Part shown: positions 37,969-46,407 of the stretch, piece after piece | Layout of the letters: each line of letters begins with the position of its first letter | Numbering within the stretch: the stretch's first letter is position 1 | Assembly: GCA_020632535.1 (NCBI GenBank) | Contig: JACKFJ010000001.1 | Span: 154,890 to 218,889 of the forward strand | Source: Candidatus Omnitrophota bacterium | Lineage (GTDB): Bacteria > Omnitrophota > Gorgyraeia > Zapsychrales > JANLHA01 | Direction of reading: 5' to 3' | DNA: 64,000 nucleotides | Translations under genes and position numbers: made by a program | The notes under the pieces: generated by a model | The model's database searches: none | Told to the model about the DNA's origin: nothing | Seen by the model: only the letters and a program-made list of their open reading frames with translations

Positions 37969-38337
37969 ATGCCAATCCTAATCAAACAACCGACGCAAAT
38001 TACGGCCGCGGGCTCCAAGCCCAAATTAATCCGCGAATATATCGGGCGGGTCAATTCCAAAACTTCAGCCCTTAGTGTCGCGCACATGCAAAGTCCGTCG
38101 GGATGGGTCGAGCCGGGCCAGACGCCTGAGTTTGATGAGTACACCGTGGTTTTAAAGGGGAGCTTGCAGGTCACTTACAAGAGCGGACATTTGGACGTGG
38201 ACGCCGGACAGGCTGTGATCACGCACAAAGGGGAATGGATTCAATACAGCACTCCGGGACCAGAGGGTGCCGAATATATTGCGGTGTGTTTACCGGCGTT
38301 TTCACCGGACACGGTCCATCGGGACGGACAAAAGTAG
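37969..38337 (+). CDS. Cupin-domain protein
   Basis: 122 aa. The beta-rich pattern GWVEPGQTPEFDEYTVVLKGSLQVTY...GQAVITHKGEWIQYS is consistent with a cupin barrel. Confidence 0.6.
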   Translation: MPILIKQPTQITAAGSKPKLIREYIGRVNSKTSALSVAHMQSPSGWVEPGQTPEFDEYTVVLKGSLQVTYKSGHLDVDAGQAVITHKGEWIQYSTPGPEGAEYIAVCLPAFSPDTVHRDGQK

Positions 38338-38356
38338 GCGACGTCCCTACTTTTTT
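38330..38356 (+). terminator. Rho-independent terminator candidate overlapping the cupin stop codon
   Basis: AAAAGTAGG CGACGTC CCTACTTTT followed by a T-run. Confidence 0.55.
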
Positions 38357-38379
38357 ATAACGGGAGCACATAAATACAA

Positions 38380-39117
38380 ATGCAACTAAGCGTTTTTAAA
38401 ATATCTTTTTTGATCACGTTGGGTCTCTTGGTAGGCGTGTCCCCAACGCTTGCCCAAATTGATTCTGACTCGACTATAATCATTGTCGATAATTATCAGT
38501 CAATTGTCCTTCAAAAAGATAAGCCTAATTATGTAAAGGGTCAGGGCAATGTCAAGATTCTGCTTTCGCAATCCGCAACGATTTCGTTTACCATCGAAAA
38601 AGTCAATAGCCCCAATGTTGAATTCAACAAAGATAGTTTGCCATTCTTAGTTTTTTCGAATGTAAGTACGCTTCCAAAGGACGCAAGCAATAGCAATGTC
38701 TACGGAAAAAATGGAGATTATTCGTACACATTTACTGCTCCCAAAATTCCTGGGCAATACGTTGTGGTATTTAATGAGGCGCAACTCAACTCGCAACGCA
38801 TTGTGGACCTCGCTTATCAATATCAGATTATTGTCGTCGATCAAGTTGAAGATAAATTGGCAGCGTCTAAGATTGCTGACAGAGCCATTTTTGCAAAGCT
38901 TACCGACGTAAATATAAGTGAGTGGAAAATTGCTTCACAAGAAATACAATTAATCGACAATAATTGGGATGTTGTCATAGAAATAAATTACAATAGTTGC
39001 GGTATTGATTGGCAAGAAAGTCAATGCATCGCCAAAGTTGCAAGAGCGCATTATCTGATCGATAAAAATTCTGGTTTAGTCACCGAAATTAATCCCACAT
39101 TATCCATTTTGTTTTAA
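38380..39117 (+). CDS. Hypothetical secreted protein
   Basis: 245-aa ORF with signal-like MQLSVFKISFLITLGLLVGVSPTLAQ. No family recognised. Confidence 0.55.
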   Translation: MQLSVFKISFLITLGLLVGVSPTLAQIDSDSTIIIVDNYQSIVLQKDKPNYVKGQGNVKILLSQSATISFTIEKVNSPNVEFNKDSLPFLVFSNVSTLPKDASNSNVYGKNGDYSYTFTAPKIPGQYVVVFNEAQLNSQRIVDLAYQYQIIVVDQVEDKLAASKIADRAIFAKLTDVNISEWKIASQEIQLIDNNWDVVIEINYNSCGIDWQESQCIAKVARAHYLIDKNSGLVTEINPTLSILF

Positions 39118-39124
39118 AAGAATT

Positions 39125-40888
39125 ATGCATTCAGTCCTTATAGAGCTTTTGATTTTTAGCGCGGCCGCAATCGTTTTTGTTCCGATTTTTGTGCGCTTTG
39201 GCTTAGGTCCAATCCTTGCTTATCTTTTTGCTGGGGTTTTGGTTGGTCCAATGGTTTTGGGTTGGATCAAAGATCCGGTTGTGATTCTGCATTTTTCGGA
39301 ACTTGGTGTTGTTTTTCTTTTGTTTATCATTGGCCTTGAATTAGCGCCAGCTCGATTGTGGAAATTAAGAGATGCTATTTTTGGATTAGGATTGTTGCAG
39401 GTTTTAGTGACCGGTTTGCTCTTTATGCAAATCGGTCTTTTTTTTGGTTTAGAAAAGACGGCCGCTTTTGTGGCAGGCTTTGGACTCGCTCTTTCATCGA
39501 CGGCGTTTGCGGTACAACTGCTCGAATATCATCGGCAGTTAAATACGCGGCATGGACAAGGCGCATTTGCGGTATTGATGTTTCAAGATATTGCGGTTGT
39601 TCCGATTTTGGCACTTTTATCGTTCTTCTCGGGAGGAAAAGGGGAATCTTTTACGATATTAGGATTTGTCAAAGTCTTGGCAGTCATTGGCGCGACCGTG
39701 TTCGTCGGGAATTATGTCATTCGTCATATTTTTCGAATGATCGCGGAAACAAAAATCCGCGAAGTGTTTATCGCTATGGCTTTGTTGGTCGTGTTGGGGA
39801 CAGCGGTTCTTTTTGAATCGATCGGATTGTCGATGGGTATGGGGGCATTTATGGCGGGGATTCTTTTGGCTAATTCGGAATATCGTCACGAATTGGTTGC
39901 GAGCCTCGATCCGTTTAAAGGTCTGTTGCTCGGATTATTTTTTATCGCGGTTGGAATGTCGCTGGATATTCATGTCATTGCGGCTAAACCAGCAATTGTT
40001 CTTGGGATTACATTTGCGTTTATGTTGTTAAAGGGATTGATTGTGTTTGTTTTAGGACGATGTTTTCGCTTTGACAAAGATTCGGCTAAAAATATGGCTT
40101 TTACGATTCTGCAGGGTGGAGAATTTGCATTTGTTCTTTTTAGTGTTGCCTTGTCGAAAGGTTTGTTGTCTTACGAGCAGGCTTCCATTTTTAATGCGGC
40201 GGTTACGATGAGTCTGATGTTAACGCCACTTGTTTTTAAATTGAATCAAAAATATTTTCGAAAGTCCTCGGACATATCAGAGCGACCTTTTGATGTGATC
40301 GACGAGCATTCGTCGGATGTGATTATTGCGGGGTTTGGTCGGTTTGGACAAATTGTCGCGCGCTTACTTAGGGTCGAAGACATTTCATTTACGATTTTAG
40401 ATAATGATGTTTTGCAGGTGGAAACAGCTAGAAAATTTGGTAATAAAGTTTATTATGGGGATGCGGGGAGAATGGATATTCTTGAGTCGGCCGCAACTGC
40501 TAAGGCTAAGTTTTTTGTGTTGGCGGTTGATGATATGCAAAAGTCCATCGAGATTGCTCAAATGGTGCGGAAACATTTTCCCGCGATCGAGATTATTGCG
40601 CGGGCCCGCAATCGTCAACATGTCATTAAGCTTATGGAGTTAGGTATTACCAGTATTCATCGTGAGGTCTATGCATCAAGTCTTGAAGTGGCCAAAGACA
40701 TTTTGGTCAAAAAAGGTGCAAATATTGAGCATGTTAAACGCAGACTTGAGATTTTTAAATTTCATGACGCAAAAATATTAAAAGAGCAATTTGAGCATCG
40801 TGATGATGAAAAGAAGTTCATTAGTTTTACGACGAAGGCCAATGCTGAGCTTGAACAGGTGTTAAAAGCCGACCGTGAAAAATCATAG
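39125..40888 (+). CDS. CPA2 monovalent cation:proton antiporter with C-terminal RCK/TrkA-N domain (KefB/KefC-like)
   Basis: About 12 TM segments, then VIIAGFGRFGQIVARLL Rossmann motif. 587 aa. Confidence 0.85.
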   Translation: MHSVLIELLIFSAAAIVFVPIFVRFGLGPILAYLFAGVLVGPMVLGWIKDPVVILHFSELGVVFLLFIIGLELAPARLWKLRDAIFGLGLLQVLVTGLLFMQIGLFFGLEKTAAFVAGFGLALSSTAFAVQLLEYHRQLNTRHGQGAFAVLMFQDIAVVPILALLSFFSGGKGESFTILGFVKVLAVIGATVFVGNYVIRHIFRMIAETKIREVFIAMALLVVLGTAVLFESIGLSMGMGAFMAGILLANSEYRHELVASLDPFKGLLLGLFFIAVGMSLDIHVIAAKPAIVLGITFAFMLLKGLIVFVLGRCFRFDKDSAKNMAFTILQGGEFAFVLFSVALSKGLLSYEQASIFNAAVTMSLMLTPLVFKLNQKYFRKSSDISERPFDVIDEHSSDVIIAGFGRFGQIVARLLRVEDISFTILDNDVLQVETARKFGNKVYYGDAGRMDILESAATAKAKFFVLAVDDMQKSIEIAQMVRKHFPAIEIIARARNRQHVIKLMELGITSIHREVYASSLEVAKDILVKKGANIEHVKRRLEIFKFHDAKILKEQFEHRDDEKKFISFTTKANAELEQVLKADREKS

Positions 40889-40896
40889 TTGAAATT

Positions 40897-41007
40897 CATT
40901 GCGAGGAGCGTAGCGGCGTCTTAGTCTTTTGAATACCATTGCGAGGAGCGTAGCGGCGTCCTAGTCTTTTGAATATCATTGCGAGGAGCGTAGCGACGCG
41001 GCAATCT
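40897..41007 (+). repeat. REP-like family 1: three head-to-tail copies, 40-bp period
   Basis: CATTGCGAGGAGCGTAGCG(G/A)CG starts at 40897, 40937 and 40977. The array begins 9 nt after the kefB-like stop and ends 12 nt before the next ATG. Confidence 0.9.
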
Positions 41008-41018
41008 GTTAAATATTT

Positions 41019-41339
41019 ATGGACCAATCACAAATGTCATTCAAACACTTTCTTTGGCACAATTTTAAAATATATCTGCTGATTATTGGGATTACCATTG
41101 TTGGTGCATTTTTGATCACGATGGCGGCCAAGGATGAGCAGGCATGGGTTGCCGTGTTTTCTGTCATGTATATTTACTCCATAGGAATGTTTGGATTGGT
41201 TGTTTATAATATCGCACGGATGTGTTGGGATTATTATAAGGGAAATCATGGTCAGTCGATGAACAGGATTTTAGGCACGGGAGTGGTTTTTATTTTCGGG
41301 TTAGCCGTGGCCGTCGTATTTATAAAGATAGTGCGTTAA
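41019..41339 (+). CDS. Hypothetical 3-TM membrane protein
   Basis: 106-aa ORF with three hydrophobic segments. Confidence 0.5.
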   Translation: MDQSQMSFKHFLWHNFKIYLLIIGITIVGAFLITMAAKDEQAWVAVFSVMYIYSIGMFGLVVYNIARMCWDYYKGNHGQSMNRILGTGVVFIFGLAVAVVFIKIVR

Positions 41340-41382
41340 AAAACGTAAAAGTTGAAAATAAATTCAAAAAAAAAGGGGCAGT

Positions 41383-41775
41383 ATGAATATTGAAGTATTT
41401 TCACTCTGTGATGCCGCAACCAATGACACCGGAAAACTCAACATACTCGGAGCATTCGATACGATTTGGATGGTGCAGGCTCCAGCGATTTATCCTCAGT
41501 GCGCCATTGCGCTTCGGTTAAGATTTAATCGTGATGAAAGAGGTGAGCATAATATTGTTGTCAATTTTGTTGATGTGGATGGCCGGCATATTATGCCTTC
41601 GATGAATAGTTTGATCAAAATGGATTTTCCCGGAGAGCAAAGGACGGGATCAGCCAATTTGATATTAAACATACAAGGATTAAAGATTGAAAAATGGGGT
41701 GAGTATTCAATTGATTTGCAAATCGACGGACGCAACGTTTCATCTTTACCACTTTTTGTGATGCCACGGCAGTAA
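41383..41775 (+). CDS. Hypothetical protein (conserved-looking, beta-rich)
   Basis: 130 aa. The N-terminus FSLCDAATNDTGKLNILGAFDTIW resembles an uncharacterised family I recall as a DUF. A-rich/GGGG RBS region upstream. Confidence 0.55.
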   Translation: MNIEVFSLCDAATNDTGKLNILGAFDTIWMVQAPAIYPQCAIALRLRFNRDERGEHNIVVNFVDVDGRHIMPSMNSLIKMDFPGEQRTGSANLILNIQGLKIEKWGEYSIDLQIDGRNVSSLPLFVMPRQ

Positions 41776-41797
41776 AAAAGATAGCCATGGGACTGCT

Positions 41798-43462
41798 TTA
41801 ACCACCCATCGAAATGACAATAACCAAAATTTGAATGCTGACAATTCTTAAGATCATGACAAAAGGATAGATTGTCGAATACGCTACAGACTGCGCATTG
41901 CTATTGGCCAAATTATTAGCAAAGACCAGCGCCGGAGGATCAGTCAAACTGCCTGCCAAAAGTCCGCACACGGATAAATAATTGAGTTTTGTTTTCCAGA
42001 GAGCGTAAATACCGACACACAGCAATGGAATAATCGTGATCGCGCATCCCCATAAAAACCACGTCAGCCCTTGGGCCGTCATAACAGTTTCGATAAAGTG
42101 AGCGCCTGATTTTAATCCGACGCAGGCAAGGAAGAGCGAAATTCCAAATTTGCGCATCAGCAAATTTGCGCTCGTCGGAAGATACCAAACGATATGGCCA
42201 AGACGTCCCAAGCGACTTGCTAAAATCGCGATGATAAGTGGACCACCCGCTAAGCCGATTTTAATGGGGGACGGCAGTCCGGGTAAATAAATGGGGATTT
42301 GTCCGACAATGATTCCGAGTAGCATTCCTATAAAAAGCGGCAGAATAAACGGGTGATTTAAGGCTTCTGGAGAATCGCCCATGAATTTTGCAAAGTTTTC
42401 CAAATCTTCAGGTTCACCAACCACCCATAGAGAGTCGCCGTAATAGAGAATGGTATTGTTGCTGGCGGGGAGATCCATGTCGTCATGATTGATACGTGTG
42501 GCGGTGACTTTAAAAGATTGACGGAGATTAAGTTCACGGACGGTTTTGCCAACCGCTTTTTGATTGGTCACAATGACACGACGGCCGGTAATGTCAGCAT
42601 CAATTTCTTCTAAGGCAATCGACGAAGCTGATCCCATGACAAGGCAAAGATTTTTGATGTTTTCTTTGGGACCGACAACGCGGAGAATATCGCCCACATG
42701 GACAATGGTATTTTTGTGGGGAAGGATGATTTCATTGGCATGCATTAATCGTGAAAAATTGATGTCAGTGTGATTAAGATCGGGAATGTCTTTGAGTTGC
42801 AGGCCATTGAGGTTTTTATTTTCGATGACGATGTTCATGCCGATGACTTGCGAAGTATTTTCTTGTGAATATTCCTCAACAGCTTTAGCGAGATTGATTT
42901 TTTTGAGCATTTTTAGTGTTAACATGGACAAGATAATTCCAAAAATACCCATGGGGTAGGCGATGGCATAAGCGATTGTGGAAGCATTCACAGCTTCAAC
43001 ATTGTTTTGACTTAAGATTTGTTGGGCGGCCCCCAAGCTGGGAGTATTTGTGGTTGCTCCAGACAAAACACCAACCGCGGCGCCAAGTGGGAGTTTCCCA
43101 AAATAGTGGGCAAGAAAAGCGATACCAACGCTTAAGGCAACAATAACAAAGGCCAACATGTTTAATTGAATACCGTTTTGTTTGAAATTGCTAAAAAATC
43201 GCGGCCCAACTTGAACACCAACGGCATAGACAAAGATGATGAGTCCAAATTCGCGGATAAAATCGAGAATTTCAGGGGAACCTTTTAACCCGAATTGTGC
43301 CAAAAGGATACCGGCAAATAAGACCCCCGGAACTCCAATTGCGATATTTCCAATACGAATGCGGCCCAATGTCAGGCCTAATGTTATCGTCAACGCGAGG
43401 ATAAGGAGATTGAGAGCTACTGAAGACAGATGTAGTGAGTTAATGAGATTTTCTAGAAACAT
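41798..43462 (-). CDS. YidE/YbjL-family (AAE) transporter with two central RCK-C/TrkA-C domains
   Basis: 554 aa. Two membrane halves flank two soluble repeats (LNGLQLKDI...VHVGDILRVVG and GKTVRELNL...LYYGDSLWVVG). Confidence 0.8.
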   Translation of the reverse strand: MFLENLINSLHLSSVALNLLILALTITLGLTLGRIRIGNIAIGVPGVLFAGILLAQFGLKGSPEILDFIREFGLIIFVYAVGVQVGPRFFSNFKQNGIQLNMLAFVIVALSVGIAFLAHYFGKLPLGAAVGVLSGATTNTPSLGAAQQILSQNNVEAVNASTIAYAIAYPMGIFGIILSMLTLKMLKKINLAKAVEEYSQENTSQVIGMNIVIENKNLNGLQLKDIPDLNHTDINFSRLMHANEIILPHKNTIVHVGDILRVVGPKENIKNLCLVMGSASSIALEEIDADITGRRVIVTNQKAVGKTVRELNLRQSFKVTATRINHDDMDLPASNNTILYYGDSLWVVGEPEDLENFAKFMGDSPEALNHPFILPLFIGMLLGIIVGQIPIYLPGLPSPIKIGLAGGPLIIAILASRLGRLGHIVWYLPTSANLLMRKFGISLFLACVGLKSGAHFIETVMTAQGLTWFLWGCAITIIPLLCVGIYALWKTKLNYLSVCGLLAGSLTDPPALVFANNLANSNAQSVAYSTIYPFVMILRIVSIQILVIVISMGG

Positions 43463-43737
43463 AGGTCACCGGGATAGTTTTTTGGTCAAGCTTGTGTTTA
43501 TGTTCGCAGCATTCTACTAGATGATTTCAATACGATCAAACGAATTCTTTAAACGTGGCAGAATTCAGCGCGAGATTAACAATTTATTTAAAACTAAAAT
43601 TATCACTTTTTATATCAGCGTTTAAGTTGAAAGTTCATTATGGCTGTGTTAAAACACGATAGGTGTTTGTGTAAACATTTAGTATGGGATAATGAAATGT
43701 CTTTTTATATTTGCTACATTAGTTATTCGTTCGGCTT

Positions 43738-45162
43738 ATGAAAATTGTTGTAACCTTCGTATTGCTCGGTCTGTTTTGTTCGTCGGCTTTTGCGGAAACG
43801 ATTACGCTCAAGTCAGGAAATGTCATTACAGCAAAAATTCTTGAACGTGCGGATGATTATGTGAAGGTTGACTTTAATGATGTCATATTGACATATTATA
43901 AAGATGAAATTCTAAGTATTGAATCTGATCCTGTTCCGTTCTTAGCCCCTGTTATTGATTTGCCAAGGTCATCTGCGCTTGAATCCACAAATCAGAGTAT
44001 TTCAAATCTCATCGAAAAAGTTTCGCAATCGGTTGTCGTTGTCGAAGTTAGAAAGGCAAATAGTAAAATTGAGGGAACAGGATTCTTTATTTCCAGCGAT
44101 GGTTTGATTGTGACCAATTTGCACGTGGTTTTTAAAGCGTCAAGCATACAAATCCGCACCAAAAATGGAAGCACTTATCCCGCGCGAATGGTCACCAACT
44201 ACAATGACCAACTCGATATTTGTGTTTTAAAAATTAATATTGCCAATTCACCAGCTTTGCCGTTGGGTGATTCTGATCAGCTTAAGCGTGGGCAAATTAT
44301 CTTTACGATTGGTCATCGCGAAGGCTCACGCTATCAAACATCGAGCGGCCCTTTTGTCGAGAAAGTCATGATCGATGGTGAGGAAAATTTAAAATCAAAC
44401 TTTGTCTCCGGTCATGGTAATAGTGGCGGTCCGATTTTGGATCAAAACGGAACAATTGTCGGGATTTCAAAAGCGTATAGTCCCGACACCGGCCACAATT
44501 TTGGTATTCCGATCAACGTTGCCAAAAGATTTTTAAATTACAATGACGCTCTGACCATTGAAGATTTTAATAAACAGATCAGTCCCGCTAATGAGTTGAC
44601 TTATACTGGTCAAGGGATCCTTTTGGAAGGTCGCTATGGTGAAGCACTCGATTATTTTAAAAAAGCATTGGCGCTTGATTCAAATTATTTAAAAGCGTGG
44701 GTCGGGTCTGCCAAAGCGTATCGACTTATGTTAATGGAAGAGGAAGAATTAGCGGCTTGGCAAGAAATTCATCAGCGGGATTCTGCCAACGTTCAGGCGT
44801 ATGTCCGAATTGGTAAGATTTCGCTTAACCGCGGTCTTATAGATGCGGCGATCGAAAATTTGCAGAAGGCAATAGATTTAGCGACACAATCTGCGGATGT
44901 TTACGGTGACTTGGGTTATGCGTACGGACAAAAGGGTAATCTTGCGCAAGCCATCGTTGCTTACAAAATGGCGATTCAATTAGACCCGCAAAATGGCGAT
45001 AGTCATTATAATCTCGCCGTCGCTTATTTTAATAAGCGCGCTTTTAAATCAGCAAGGATTTATTCCGACAAAGCGATGAGCTTAGGTTATGCTGTCCCCG
45101 AATCCTTTATCGCTGAATTAAAAAAGAATGAGAAGTACGGAAACTCCTTTGAGGTTAAGTAA
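43738..45162 (+). CDS. Secreted trypsin-like (S1/HtrA-type) serine protease fused to C-terminal TPR repeats
   Basis: Signal peptide ends SAFAE. Motifs: GTGFFISSDGLIVTNLHVV (His), DICVLKI (Asp), GHGNSGGPILD (Ser). TPR repeats follow (AYVRIGKI..., YGDLGYAYGQKGNLAQAIVAYKMAIQLDPQNGDSHYNLAVAY). No PDZ domain is recognisable. Confidence 0.8.
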   Translation: MKIVVTFVLLGLFCSSAFAETITLKSGNVITAKILERADDYVKVDFNDVILTYYKDEILSIESDPVPFLAPVIDLPRSSALESTNQSISNLIEKVSQSVVVVEVRKANSKIEGTGFFISSDGLIVTNLHVVFKASSIQIRTKNGSTYPARMVTNYNDQLDICVLKINIANSPALPLGDSDQLKRGQIIFTIGHREGSRYQTSSGPFVEKVMIDGEENLKSNFVSGHGNSGGPILDQNGTIVGISKAYSPDTGHNFGIPINVAKRFLNYNDALTIEDFNKQISPANELTYTGQGILLEGRYGEALDYFKKALALDSNYLKAWVGSAKAYRLMLMEEEELAAWQEIHQRDSANVQAYVRIGKISLNRGLIDAAIENLQKAIDLATQSADVYGDLGYAYGQKGNLAQAIVAYKMAIQLDPQNGDSHYNLAVAYFNKRAFKSARIYSDKAMSLGYAVPESFIAELKKNEKYGNSFEVK

Positions 45163-45219
45163 ATTTTATAAAAGCAGGGTAAGGTCGGTTGATTTTAAAT
45201 TGGTTACGGAGAATCGAGA

Positions 45220-45342
45220 ATGACAAAAATATTTAATAACGTTGGAGCAGGATTGTTGTCGCTGTTGTTTGCCGTCGATCGCAGCAAGTTCATGATCGAT
45301 GACGCTGTCAAAACTAAATCTCAGCAAGGTCAAGGGTATTAA
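45220..45342 (+). CDS. Possible 40-aa small protein (not in ORF track)
   Basis: Translation is MTKIFNNVGAGLLSLLFAVDRSKFMIDDAVKTKSQQGQGY. GGAGA RBS. Its TAA overlaps the next ATG (TAATG). Confidence 0.4.
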   Translation: MTKIFNNVGAGLLSLLFAVDRSKFMIDDAVKTKSQQGQGY

Positions 45343-45887
45343 TGGTTGAACGTATCCGCTTTTGGTGTGTGGGCAAGCAATGGTGGTGGCGCATTTGTGT
45401 TCTAGGTTTCTTTGCTTATGTTTTTTGGGGGCTGCTTCGTAATTCTAATGAATTCAATGTTTTTCGTCCGCTTAATTTCGGCATTCATGAACTTGGGCAC
45501 CTGATCTTTGGTTGGGCTGGACAATTCGTCGCTATTTTGGGGGGAACATTCACCCAATTGGCGGCACCTGTTTATGGAATGTGGAATTTTTATAAGCAAA
45601 ACGATTATTTTGCCCTCTCGCTATGTTTCGGTTGGCTTTCTACAAATCTCTTCGAAATTTCTGTTTACATGAATGACGCCCGTACAATGCAGTTGCCGTT
45701 AGTGACAGTGGGTGATTCGGGGAATATTATACACGATTGGAATCATCTTTTTACGCAAATGCACATATTGCAGTTTGATCATTTTATTGCGGGATGCGTC
45801 TGGTTTTTTGCTATACTGTCGATGTCGTTTTGTCTGTTCAGTGCTGGTTGGATGATTTGGAATATGATAGTCGTTAAACAAAGCTAA
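45342..45887 (+). CDS. Membrane protein with an HExxH motif (putative intramembrane zinc metalloprotease-like)
   Basis: 181 aa with about 5 TM segments. NFGIHELGHLIFGW lies at a membrane boundary. Confidence 0.6.
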   Translation: MVERIRFWCVGKQWWWRICVLGFFAYVFWGLLRNSNEFNVFRPLNFGIHELGHLIFGWAGQFVAILGGTFTQLAAPVYGMWNFYKQNDYFALSLCFGWLSTNLFEISVYMNDARTMQLPLVTVGDSGNIIHDWNHLFTQMHILQFDHFIAGCVWFFAILSMSFCLFSAGWMIWNMIVVKQS

Positions 45888-45911
45888 ATTGAAAGGAATG
45901 GTATTAATTTT

Positions 45912-46139
45912 ATGAAAATTCTTCCGTTTATTCTCTTTTTCTGTGCTGGGGTGTGGTGTCTTTACGCTGCCTATCGCGGATTAAAAACGCGGACGTTAAT
46001 TTTTAAAAAGGGGACTAAAGGAACCGGTTTAGAAAATAATAAAATTCTTATTTGGGCGCAGATCATTGGGACTTTTGCGCTCGGATTTGCTATTCTTTGG
46101 AACACGATTGTAAGCTACAACATATTTATCGCAAAATAA
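45912..46139 (+). CDS. Hypothetical 2-TM membrane protein
   Basis: 75-aa ORF with two hydrophobic segments. Confidence 0.5.
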   Translation: MKILPFILFFCAGVWCLYAAYRGLKTRTLIFKKGTKGTGLENNKILIWAQIIGTFALGFAILWNTIVSYNIFIAK

Positions 46140-46165
46140 ATAGTTGATGCTTGGGAGAATCTCTT

Positions 46166-46372
46166 GTGAATTTGGATATTGTCACCACATTTTTAAATCG
46201 ACATGAGGCGCAATTGGCCAAAGGGCGCTTGGAATCCTCCGGAATTGAATGCAGTCTAAGCTCTGATGATTGCGGCGGGATGGAGGCAGGATTGTCCTTT
46301 GGATCCGCTATAAAGCTGTTAGTCAAATCAGCCGATTTAGCAAAGGCTAAGGAAGTTTTGGAGATAAAATAG
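46166..46372 (+). CDS. Small DUF2007-like (putative signal-transducing) protein
   Basis: GTG 46166 lies 7 nt after GGGAGA; the track start is TTG 46151. The pattern FLNRHEAQLAKGRLESSGIEC...VKSADLAKAKEVL resembles DUF2007. Confidence 0.55.
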   Translation: MNLDIVTTFLNRHEAQLAKGRLESSGIECSLSSDDCGGMEAGLSFGSAIKLLVKSADLAKAKEVLEIK

Positions 46373-46407
46373 GCAGCGTCAACATGTGATCGAAAGTTTG
46401 TGTTAGT

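Noticed and set aside
39358-39816. 152-aa alternative-frame + strand ORF inside the kefB/C-like gene.
   Set aside because: It is out of frame with a well-supported transporter gene. The translation is R/G/C-rich and not protein-like.
40897-41007. Possible mini-CRISPR array (three regularly spaced repeats).
   Set aside because: The 40-bp units abut each other and the inter-core sequence is itself repeated (GTC(T/C)TAGTCTTTTGAATA), so there are no unique spacers. There are no cas genes, and the same core occurs singly or inverted at other loci. It is a tandem REP-like array.
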